Shown piece after piece: positions 11,993 through 23,700 of a stretch of DNA of 64,000 nt. A program made the translations under genes and the position numbers. Source of the DNA: Lytechinus pictus (taxonomy: Eukaryota). The notes below the pieces were generated by a model that did not search any database, was not told where the DNA came from, and saw nothing but the letters and a program-made list of their open reading frames with translations. The DNA lies in contig NC_087251.1 in the NCBI RefSeq assembly GCF_037042905.1, positions 2,792,001-2,856,000 on the forward strand. The letters are read 5' to 3'. Position 1 is the stretch's first letter; the number at the start of each line of letters is the position of its first letter.

Positions 11993-13612
11993 GATAGGGT
12001 ACGGCCCTGTAACGCATGCAATCCTCCCTACATTAGCAGAACGTACCACACTTATGCCTGAACAAATAGCCGAACTCCTGGAGTTCGTCCTCAGATCCAC
12101 ATATTTTCTGTACAGAGGCTCTTTCTATGAACAAACAGAAGGAGCAGCTATGGGTAGCCCAGTCTTAGCGGTTTTGGCTAACCTATATATGGAAGGTTTT
12201 GAACAGAACGCCTTGCCCAAGTGTCCTCCCACATGCCGCCACGGGTGTGGAAGAGATATGTCGATGACACTTTCATAATTGTGAATAGTTCCGAAACGGA
12301 CAGCCTACTCGCATACATGAATAGCCAGCAACCGTCCATCCAGTTCACTCTGGAGACTGAGCAAGGAGGGAAATTAGCATCCCTTGACACGCTAGTCCAA
12401 AGACATGAGGGCAGGAAACTCTCCACCTCTGTCTACCGCAAGCCCACTCATACAGACCAATACATTCCATATGATTCTCATCATGACAAATCAGTCAAGT
12501 AGGGTCTTGTTAAATGCCTGTTCGACAGAGAAGCACGTATTATAACTCACCCACCTGAACTCCCGAAAGAAAGATCACACATACGTGGCGCCTTATACAG
12601 CAACGGCTACCCACGCCGTTTTATTGAGAACACTTTCAAGAAAAAACAACCGCCAAGGGATCAGAAGGTTTTCAAGACTTGCACAGTCTTGCCATACATA
12701 GATGGTCTTTCACCACAACTCAAACGCCGATTAGAAGGTCACGGTATCCGAACGGTTTTCCGCGCGGACACCACCCTACACAAACAACTTGTGCACCCCA
12801 AAGACCCCATCCCTGATCACAGACGTGATGGCGTAGTATACAACATTCCTTGCCAGGGATGTGACGGGTCTTACATCGGTGAAAAAGCCCAACCGATAAT
12901 TGAATGCATTTCTGAACACAAGCGCGATGTTCGGTTACAGCGAACCGACACATCCGCGGTGGCAGAACATGCTTGGGAGAAGCAACACCACCCAGATTGG
13001 AAGGGTGTACATTGCGTTGCCAAAGAAAGACATTGGTATACACTCAGGATTAAGGAGGCTATTAGTATACGTCTTTGTCCTAACATCTTCAACAGAGACA
13101 GCGGGATCGACATCCCCAATTTCTGGATGCGAACCATCCGACAGCACAATACCCCCTTACCTGGCAGTGCACGCCGACCCGACCGAGCGAGGGACCGCTC
13201 AGCTAGTCAACCCCCACCTACGGGAAACTAGTGAGCCCGCCAATTTTGTCTTATTTACATACATGTATTGCTGACTCGTGGCGTATTTGCATATACCTCC
13301 GGCTTATTTGCATATATACGCCCGACCAATCACATAACAGATCAGTGCCCACCTATTGTTCCCGCATTCGTGCATACGGTCCTGGGGATTGGTATAAATA
13401 GACTACCGTATCAGATAATTTTCGTCACTTGATAAAGAGTTGCAGCAGCACTCGAAAGCTCGTGAACTTGTAAGCTAGTGAACACTTTTTGTGAGAGTGA
13501 TCACGAATTTCCTAGAAAGCTTGTGAACACTTTTTGGGAGATGGATCACGAATTTCCTTGTTGACCATAGTAGATTGCGAGACAAATGAATACCCTCTAG
13601 CGATTATGATAG
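11993..13612 (+). mobile_element. Penelope-like retroelement, 5'-truncated and decayed: RT plus GIY-YIG endonuclease plus pLTR
   Basis: Translates to YEQTEGAAMGSP, WKRYVDDTF, VYRKPTHTDQY, then GVVYNIPC..C..SYIGE, SAVAEH, IKEAI, NRDSG. One frameshift near 12225 and an in-frame TAG at 12500. The 3' region has CCAAT, TATAAATA (13393) and a hammerhead. Confidence 0.93.
13425..13465 (+). ncRNA. Minimal type I hammerhead ribozyme motif (U3-A8 variant)
   Basis: TCAC-TTGATAA-A-GAGT(tgcagcagc)ACTC-GAAA-GC-TC-GTGA: stem I TCAC/GTGA, stem II GAGT/ACTC, palindromic AGCT stem III. Confidence 0.75.
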
Positions 13613-13882
13613 TGTTTATTAAGTATTACAAAACATCCTGCCTAAGTTTCAGGTCAAATGACCAAGGTCACTTAGGGTCAATGAACTTTGGCTAAGTTGG
13701 GGGTATTTGTTTAATAATACCATCATAACTTTGAAAGTTTATGGATTTAGTCCATAAAACTTGAAAAAGGTATCACTGAACATCCTGTGTGAGTTTCAGG
13801 TCACATGACCAAAGTCAAAGGTCATTTGAGTTCAATGAACTTTGCCATGTTGGGGGTAATTGTTGAATTACCATAATAACTT

Positions 13883-15958
13883 TATTATACGCCTGTCTCG
13901 ACGGGACGTATTATGGTATCACGCTCGGTGTCCGTCCGTCCGTTAACTTTTCCTTGTAAACGCGATAACTTTAGTTTAACCTAACCTCAGCTCATATAAT
14001 TTGGTGTGTATGATACTAGCATGGATCCCAGGAAGCCTAGTGATTTTGAGGTCAAAAGGTCAAAGGTCAAGGTCACAGTGACATATTTTCATCTTAACCT
14101 AGGCTCATATAATTTGGTGTGTATGATACTAGCATGGATCCCAGGAAGCCTATCGATTTTGAGGTCAAAGGTCAAGGTCACAGTGACATATTTTCATCTT
14201 ACCCTTCTGCAGTCCTTGTAAACACGATAACTTAAGTTTAACTTTAACCTAGGCTCATATCATTTGGTGTGTATGATACTAGCATGGATCCCAGGAAGCC
14301 TATAATATAAATTTAGAGGTCAAAAGGTCTAAGGTCAAGGTCACACTGACATGTTTACATCTTACCCTGTGGCAGTCCTTGTAAACGCAATAACTTCAGT
14401 TTAACTTAATCTAGGCTCATATAATTTGGTGTGTGTGTGATACTAGCATGAATCCCACAAAGCTTATTGATTTTAAGGTCCAAAGGTCAAGGTCACAGTG
14501 ACATATTTTCATCTTACCCTTCTGCAGTCCTTGTAAACATAATAACTTCAGTTTAACTTAACCTAGGCTCATATAATTTGGTGTGTATGATCAGTGGCGT
14601 ACCGTGGGTCACGGCATTGGGGGGCACCAGCAAAAATTTTGAGTCACTTAGTGAGCGTGCGAACGCGCTGTTGCCAGGTTTACTGACTTAATATAAAAAT
14701 TTTAAGGACAGCGCCATTAAATGAATATGTATCTCACTGATCAAATAATGTGAGCGCGAAGCGCGAGCTGAAAATTTTTGATATTCAGACCTAAAAGGGA
14801 CATTATAAGCAAATTTTTGTAATCATGATACGTACCTGTCTCGCTAAACGATGCGAAGCGCGAGCTGAAATTTTTTATATATTGACCACAAATAGGGACA
14901 TTTTAAGGACTATATTTTAGAAATCCATTTGAGAGTATTTCTCACCATAGTCATCTAATGCGAGTGCCAAGTGCTTGCTGATTTTGTTAGAATTACATGT
15001 TAACAGATGAAGCAATTGTAGTCATTGTAATCATGATTAACATACGCATCTCACTAATTAAACATTGCGAGCGTGAAGCGCGAGCCGAAAATTTAGAAAA
15101 TTCAAACGTGAAGAGGGCATTCTAAGGCTTGTTTGTGGGAATGCATTAAGACCATACGTATTTCACTAACCAAATGATACGAGCGCAAAGCGCGAGCTGA
15201 AATTTTTTTATATTCAGATCAGAAAAAGGGAAATTTTAAGGACTGATTTTAGGAATTCATGAAGAGCAGACATATCTCACCGATCCACTAATGCGAACGT
15301 AAGCACGGACAGGAAAGTTTTTTATATTAAGACGTTAAAATGGGGCAATCACTTTAAGTAGTCATGAAAAAGAAGCATATGTCACTACATAAAACAATAA
15401 CTCGAAGTGTGAGGAAATATTTTTAGTGTATATTGACTTGAAAACGCGAGGTTTTAGTACAACAGGATTATGTCTCTCGTTAAACAGACAATGCGAGCAC
15501 CAGGAACAATGAAGCCATATGCCCTGAGCAAATTACGTTTCATAAAGTTATGTAAAAATGTTTTTATGTAACATAATTATAATATAATATAACATTATAA
15601 TGAACAATAATTTCTTCTTTCCCACTACATTGTTTCTCTCCCTTTCTCCCTCTTTTCTCCTTTTTTTTTTAACCAGCGGATTGTATGATACTAGCATAGA
15701 TCCCAAGAAGCCTATCAATTTTGAGGTCAAAAAGTTAAAGTTCAAGGTCACACTGACATATTTTCATCTTGCCCTTTCGAAGTCCTTATAAACGCGCTAA
15801 CTTTAGTTTAATGTAACCTAGGCTCTTTTGGAAGATGGCAACTTCACCTTTTGTCCAAGGTGAAGTCACCATCTTCCACTTTTGTTGCTTGACCAATAGC
15901 TCCATTTTCCGTGATACAGACGGGCGTATTATGTGCTCGCCTTAGCGACACTCTTGTT
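13883..15958 (+). mobile_element. DINE-1/HINE-like element, family D, copy 1
   Basis: 5' ATACGCC.GTC with nearby inverted copy GACGGGACGTAT, (GTCC)n, about 150-bp tandem units, 3' GACGGGCGTAT plus a short hairpin; inserted in a T run with no TSD. Confidence 0.8.
14592..15681. mobile_element. hAT-like non-autonomous insertion with GCGCGAAGCGCGAGC repeats
   Basis: Starts CAGTGGCGTA and is flanked by an 8-bp duplication TGTATGAT (14584 and 15682); right TIR not evident. Confidence 0.65.
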
Positions 15959-16898
15959 GAAAGTTTATGGATATAGTTTGTGAAATGTGGACATAGGGGT
16001 AATCATCAATGACAAGTCTTAGGTCACATGATCAAACGTCAAATGTCATTTAGGGTAAATGAACATTGTATGAAAGTTGTTTTTTGTGAATAATTATTTT
16101 ATAGTAGTTTTCAAAGTCAGCACTGCTGCTGTATTGAATCACGTAATGCAGGCAAGACTGGCAGAGGCACTCCACTTGCTTTTGCTTGGGACCATTTAGA
16201 AATTTGTCTCCACTCACCATGTTATACCCATATCATCATTTTGCCAGTGCTGTCTATATAATCAATTGCCACCTTTCGCAATCCTCACGGACGCTAATAT
16301 TAGGGTCCTCTAACACAAAAGTTAACGTTTAATCATACACTTTGATTTTTAAGATTGATTGTACATGTACATTATAGTCAATAGAATCAAACGTAGAAAA
16401 CTGCTCTAACAATCAATGCTAAGCTTTGTGTTACAGGGGGGTTACAGGCCATACAGATCTGCTTTTCGTGTGCAAAATTCTTTCCCGCGACACCCGCACC
16501 ATACATGCATGTACATTACGACTGATGGCTGGAGATATTCGAAATGCAGGACCTAAAATAGATTATGACATGGATAAGAAAGTGGTTTTTCAAAAAAATC
16601 GAGTACATATTGAGTGAGGAAAAAGTTACTGAATTAAGGCTTAGATATAGATCATTACAGTCCATCGAATTGATATTGCATTTAATGTGGATTATTGGTG
16701 GATCTTTGGCAATTGATTCCATGGGTCAAATCACCCCTTTAGTCGAAACCATTTAGCATGCGTTGATTATGTACACAGCATGTATACGTGCGGGGTTTTT
16801 TCTTTTGTTTACTCTTACACAAACGATATGCCTCTAGCACACAATGTAATGGGCATTATGCTTTACTTTCCCCAGAAATGGGGGATTAGATTCGAATT

Positions 16899-17204
16899 CC
16901 CGGGGGACCACTTCCATTGATGAGTGGATACCTGGCACGACCATGCGGTTTCGAAAAGCACCCGAAACAAGGGAAGCAAGGCTTTTCAGATTATGAAAAT
17001 GCATCTCTTAACAAGTATTTAGCTTGTGAAACCCTACAGGTATTGAAAACATATCCTCCTTTTTCAGTATTTTAAACATCGTTTTTGACACCCTTATAAC
17101 GTTACATACATGTAGGCCTATACGTAACGTACTTGCCCACTCTTTCCCTTTTTACGCGTGGTCGCGCCTGGTATCCACTCTTCAATGGAAGTGGGCCCCC
17201 CGGG
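16899..17204. mobile_element. CCCGGG-ended MITE
   Basis: About 35-bp TIR CCCGGGGG.CCACTTCCATTGA.GAGTGGATACC. Confidence 0.8.
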
Positions 17205-17617
17205 CGGCCTCTCGAGCTCTGGGAGGAACCAAATGTGGCTTTGGAAAGTCGTCCTAAATCGTATATATCGCTGTTACCATAGTAGCAACCAGAATTTTGC
17301 ACACGAAACGCAGATTGAATGTTTCCGTTCCAGATGCGAACGAAAACAAATATCATGTCACACAATTTGCATTGCAGGACAGAGTTTTACGACCATGACG
17401 ACGGGCCCAAAAGTCTCTTCCAAAATCAACTACCGTTGCAAATAAGTGTTCGCGTTCTCCAACGAAAGGTCAAGAAATGTCACTGTCACGTACTCTATGT
17501 ATGTCTTATGTCATTGCAACATGTATTCTTCATGGTGACAAATTAAATGTAATAATTATCTTATATCTTTTTAGCCACTGACCAGCAAATTGATGCTGGA
17601 TTTGAGATCACTTTCTC

Positions 17618-17761
17618 ATGATGATGAATGGAGATGTTAAGCTGGGGCCAATCTCTGTCAATGGGGGTAGTCACTATGGCAACCAAGATAATGAAGGTTA
17701 TGAGAATGATGGATTTGAACTTCATGAAGAGAGTAGCTGGTCCTCAAACAAGCATGTAGAG
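17618..17761 (+). CDS. MPP5: MPP5 coding exon A1 ([10 protein letters not shown]...SNKHVE); exon begins at 17575
   Basis: Acceptor TTTTAG at 17574, in-frame TGA upstream of the ATG, 48 open codons, donor GAG|GTATGT, phase 0 matching the next exon. Confidence 0.75.
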
Positions 17762-20700
17762 GTATGTAAATTGACTTATACAATTTTGTAAGCAAATTAT
17801 TAGACCATCACATTACTAATTTTTCAGCTGACCATGAAGAATAAAATGTAAAATATGTTTACCATGTCCTTCTCTTTAACAGCAATGATCATCCTGTTTT
17901 TGGCAAATTTCCCATACTTAGGGTGTGTTCAATGTTGATATTCAAATTTTAACAGCAACATGAATCAAGATTGAAAACGCAATTATAAAACACAAACATG
18001 CTCAGTACACCGTTCAGTGTAAAAAATAAAGCTGTTGATACATTAATCATCTTTAATTTTCTTGCTCTCTTTGCTCAGCTTACTGCGCAGTTTGACCAGT
18101 CTCAAGAAAAGTCAATTCTGACGCATGCTTGTGTAGACTTCCACTGCGAGAGGAAATTTACAGACGTTTCAAAACTCAATTGTGTTCAGTGTTGCAATTT
18201 GTAGCATTCGCGATGCTCAACGTCGTTATATCTGAGCTGATCGCCTTCCAAACTTACTTTTTTTAGCGTTTCAATATTCCTCCAAATCGCGATCTGAAAG
18301 ATGTTTATTTTTACGACTGGGAATGGAGGACATTGAACACACCCTTTGTTTCTCATTATTTCTGCGCTTTGTAATTGCTTTTTTAATTCATGTTGTTGTT
18401 TAAAGATAAAGATCATTTGTGGTAACAATCTCAAAATGAGTTCGAACAGAATCCAATGAAATTACCACCAAAGTGTTTGTATGTATAATATGTGCCAAAA
18501 AGCTGTGGAAGAAAATGCGTACTTACTGAGAAATGAGCAAAATTTTCGAAGCAATATCAATACACTGTCTCACATATATGCTTTTCTGTGTTAGTGATCA
18601 TCAAATTTATCGATTTTGAGCTAAAGATTTCATGGTTTTACATTAATAAACCAGATCTACATGTAGATGTACACACGTATGATAATATTTTGAGAATTAA
18701 GCTTGATTTGAAAGACTTTCTCATGAAATTATTGTTTGCTGCAATGACTGTCTTTTACCTTTCAATTTGAATATTGATATTGAACACACCCTTAGTCTAC
18801 ATGTACAGTACATGTAAGTATAGATTTTTGACAATCTTCAAAATTCACTCAAATAATGATGAATACAAACTCATCAATAAGTTTGTTGTGACTGGGCCTT
18901 GGGCCATGACAGCCAATCAATTCTATACTTACATGACCTTCCAATTCAACACATTTTGTTTGGTGCAAGAAAATCAAAATCACTAGGCGGTGCTGCACCA
19001 GCCAGAGTTTGCTCAATCTTGAGATTCAAGAAACCCTGTCTCCACCATTGCTAAAAGAGCGATTCATGTTCGAGCAAGGCATCGATACATAATGGTGTGA
19101 TGCCCTTAATAAATAATCCCAAGTGCGTCTGCACCTGTGAATTAGCGGGATAATTCGTAAAATAGCGTGCTACTTTGCAAATAAATCCCAAGTTGTCTTG
19201 GGCTTGCAATCTTGCGATAAATCCAGCGAACTAGCGCGATGAATGCGTCTCCATTACAAATAATCTTGAGATTGTTCAGATTGGGATAATTTGCCAGATC
19301 AGAAATAGCGCGCTGATTTGAAAACTCTGGCTGGTGCAGACGGCCCTACTTAGCCCAAGACAATTTGGCTAGCTTGGTTAGCTTGGTTGGCATTTGGCCG
19401 ATGGGGATGACAATTAGCTTCAACACTGAAAAAAGGTATTGTAAACAGAGTGCAGTGATTTAGAAACAGACCAAAAATGAATATTCTACACACAAACAAT
19501 CAAATCACTCTCACATACACACAAGTCACAAGTATTCTAACATTTGCTAACTAAAATCCTAAGTTAATACATGTACCTATGTATGCATGGAATATTTTCT
19601 TATGAAAATAATTAAACAGACTTACAGAGCAGATAATAATGCAGAGCTTGTGTGCAAGTTTGGTTAAGTGTAATAGCACCATCTGGAGGCTAAAACAGCA
19701 CAAGATAAACAGACTCCATTGATCTCAAGGCTTTTATTTAGTATCCTGACTTTGTTCATAGAATCTTAATGATAATTTCAAAAGCAATAGTTTTATGCTA
19801 AAATTTGGGACAGTCCTTGTAAGGATGTTGGAGAAATGTGCAGTTAATAATTATAATAATAATTGGATTTAGATGGCGCTGTTTCTCTGAGGATACAAAT
19901 TATTGTTAAGACATAAGTCTCATGTTATTAAGCATAAGACAACAGTTACACATAGTAAACGTTAGTGCACTCATGTGTGACTGGGAAAATCATTCTGGGA
20001 GTCATTATTAAAAGTGTTCTTTCACATGTACATGCACACCCAAGAAAATGATGTTCAATTGTAATTCATAACGTTAAAGGCCAAAGATTTAGACTTTGAC
20101 AAGAATAATTTTGGTTATCTACATCTTTATATACTGCCTTCCTGGTAGATGGTATGCAATTTCTGTCTCAATCAAATTCAAACTTGCTCATGAACATACA
20201 TGTACAGGTATGTCAGTTAATCTGATCTGATTACAAACATTGGCTATCTGTCCTTTAATTTAGAAATCAAATCCATCTTTGAAAAATGTTGATTTGAATC
20301 AATAGAGAAATATCATACAAGCATAATGCTGAAAATTTCATCAAAATCGGGTGTAAAATAAGAAAGTTATGACATTTTAAAGTTTCACTATTTTTTTTTT
20401 TTACAAAATAGTTACCTGCACAATTTAGTCACATGCAAATGAGAGAATTTATGTCCCTCACTCACTATTTCTTTTGTTTTTTATTGTTTAAATTATACAA
20501 TATTTCAATTTTTTACAAATTTGACAATAAGGACCAACTTGACTAAACTGTAAGTCAGGGACAAATAAAACTTTGTTTCACAGGACAATGAGGAGAATAT
20601 TTCATACATTATAATGAAATAGAAAAGAAAAAGTGAGTGAGTGATGTCATCAGTTCCTTCATTTGCATACTGACCGGGATGTGCATATAACTGTTTTGTG

Positions 20701-23700
20701 AAATTAAGCAAAACTTGAAAAATGTCATAACTTTCTTATTTTACATCCAATTTTGATTAAATTTTCTTGCATAGCAGAGCGAGACTATATGCGCCACTTT
20801 TCTGATGGCGGCGGCGGCGTCAACATCATATCTTAACCTAAGGTTAAGTTTTATAATGACATCATAACTTAAAAAGTATATGGACCTAGTTCATAAAACT
20901 TAGACATAAGAGTAATCAAGTATCACTGAATATACTGTGCGAGTTTCAGGTCACATGACCAAGGTCGAAGGTCATTTAAGGTCGATGAACTTTGGCCATG
21001 TTGTAGGTAATCGTTGAATTGCCATCATTGCTAACTTTGAGTTAATGTTATAAGTTAATGAAATGTTGACATGGGTAATCCAGTCGTAGGTCACTTGATC
21101 AAGGTCAATTGTCATTTAGGGTCAATGAACGTACATGTACTAGCATACTATACAAATGTTGTTTTTTGTGAATAATTATTTCAGAGTCATTTTCAAAGTC
21201 AGCACTGCTGCTATATTGAATCGCGTTGTGCAGGCTTGTTTTCTTTGGCCACTGGCCGGCCATGAAATTGATCAAAGGAAAATACATCATGTTAATCCTT
21301 GCAGCTAGTTTTTTCAAGAAATTCTTGATGTAATTACATGTATCAATGAAACATTTCACTTTGTGAATCATGGGGATAATTTCCCTTTTTTCTATAGGAG
21401 GTAGAGATGACAACAATACTAGAGATTGGACCTAATGATCAACGATTTGGATTCTCTGTGATGGGAGGTCTTGAGGAAGGTTTCTTACCAAGTGTTGATG
21501 CCATCTTACAAGGTAAGAAGCATGACAATTAGTGATGATAAATTACAATAGCTTGTTCCGGCCCTAAAATACCTGGTGATTTATTTAGGGTATACAGTTG
21601 TCTATGCCATCACCTACTGTTACAGCACATCCTATCCCAATAGTCAAAGGGCGTGTTTATGCTTCCACTTTTCAGGCCAGAATCAGCGTTTTCATACGTG
21701 ATTAGTCCAAAACACAGTTGCGTCAATGCTTACTTTCATTTAGACGACGTTTCAGAACGCCGATCGTAAACTTACAAAAAGGTGTGTTTCTAAACTTTGT
21801 TTGACCAGAATCAGGGTTTCTGGGGAAGTATAAACAGGACCACGATCGTAAATGTGTTTAAATGAAGTCTTTTGGTACATGCTTCCTGTGAGATGCAACG
21901 AATATTGCAATTTTCTGTAAATCAATTAATAATACAGGATGATTTAAGCTCTTGATGTTTCAAATACATTTTTGGAGGAAGTATTAAGAGATGACTACAA
22001 TTTTCGGTACTGAATTTCCAACAGAAAAGTCCATATTTTCCCCAAAATTACTAAATCATGGAAATGGAATGCCCCCCAAAAAGAACATTAAAGTAAGTTG
22101 ACATTTTGTAATTTATTCCTCATACATGTATGTAGTCCGGGGTATTTTGAATCTTTTCATTCTAGGGGGGGGGGGAGAATTTGCACAATGGAAGAAAATG
22201 ACATAATCTATCAGGTTTCAAAGCTTAATTTCATTGAATCAATATGCTTTATTTCATTTGAATCAATTATGCCAATTTTAGTGCATGAATGAAATAAAAG
22301 TTTAGGTTTAAATCTATAAATAAAGCCCTTGAACTGCTTATTTTTTTAATTGAGGAACTCTGATCAAAGCATATTAGATTAAAAAACATCAGTATAAAAT
22401 GTTTTTTAATGTTTGTTTTAAATAACTTATTAAAAAAAAAATTATTATGTACATTTAAAAAAAATACTTTTTTATTGTTTTTTTAATGGAAATCTGCAAT
22501 AATTTTTCAATATTACCAAAAATACAAATAATGATACAGATACAAATTTGGGCGTGAATTTGCATTGGCTTTATACATGTAATCATGTTTTTGAGCAATT
22601 TGGGGTCTGACATACATGTTCACTTGTGTAATATCACATTAAACCGAATACCCATGCATGCATCCCAATAGTAGTCTTGAATGACATGGCCTGGCCCTGT
22701 CGGGTTAATGGATGTATCATAGAAAATTTTTTGGGGGCCATTAAGGTCCCCTCGGATTACAATGTTAAGATTAAAGGTCAAGGCCACCCCAGAAAAATGT
22801 TGATTTTAATCAATATAGAAAAATCAAACAAGCATAATGCTGAAAATTTCATCAAAATTGGATTTAAAGTTTCGCTTATTTTTCATGTTTCAGTTGTATG
22901 CATAACTCAGTGATAAATGCAAATGAGTTGATTATGTCCCTCACTCACTATTTTTTTTATTGTTTGAATAAAAAAATACAATATTTCAATTTTTTACATA
23001 TTTAACAATAATTACCAACTTAACTGAACCAAAATATGTTAAAATGTTATGTGGAGCGTTGTGGCCCAGTGGATTAGTCTTCGGACTTTGAAACAGAGGG
23101 TCGTGGGTTCGAATCCCAGCCATGGCGTAATTTCCTTCGGCAAGAAACTGATCCACAATGTGCCGCACTCAACCCAGGTGAGGTAAATGGGTACCGGTAG
23201 GAAGTAATTCCTTAAAAAGCTGTGTGCGCTATGAACGCCTAGCTTAGCCGGGTAATATAGGAGCGCCTTGAGCACCTAACAAGGTGGATATGTGCGCAAT
23301 ATAAATACCCTATATTATTATTATTATTATTATTAAAACAATAAATGGTAGGTCCACATGTTCAGGAAGGATAAAACTTTATTTCACATGACAATGAGGA
23401 GAAAATGATGAAATACAAAGAAATAGTGAGTGATGTCATCAGTCCCCTCATTTGCATACTGACCAGGATGTGCATATTAATTTGCGAAATTAAGCGAAAC
23501 TTTAAAATATCATAACTTTCTTAATTTACATCCGATTTTGATGAAATTTTAGCATTATGCGAGCTGGATTTTTCTCTTTTTACTCAATTTAACTTTTTCT
23601 TGGGGTGGACTTGTCCTTTAAGTTTTGCTCGCTGATTATCTTATGCTGTTTAGTACTTTTCTTCATCATTACAAAGTGCAAAGATTCACCTGCTTTTGTG

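Larger units (their letters stand above)
11831..16180 (+). mobile_element. Helentron/DINE-1-like non-autonomous element, family C, hosting nested insertions
   Basis: 5' TCTC.CCTGCATAGCAGAGTGAGACTA inverted subterminus, internal repeats with AAACTTGG/GGTCAAAGGTCA, 3' GAGACTG.CAGAGGC.CTCCACTTG-type end; same sequence recurs at 20.8 and 32.2 kb. Confidence 0.6.

Noticed and set aside
11993..13231. Active or domesticated reverse transcriptase, or a bacterial retron/group II intron
   Set aside because: Motifs and the GIY-YIG domain are Penelope-type; the copy is 5'-truncated with a frameshift and a stop.
23053..23125. Possible extra tRNA genes (also near 27090-27159 and 35520-35580)
   Set aside because: No proper acceptor stem; each continues into a shared SINE core and tail.
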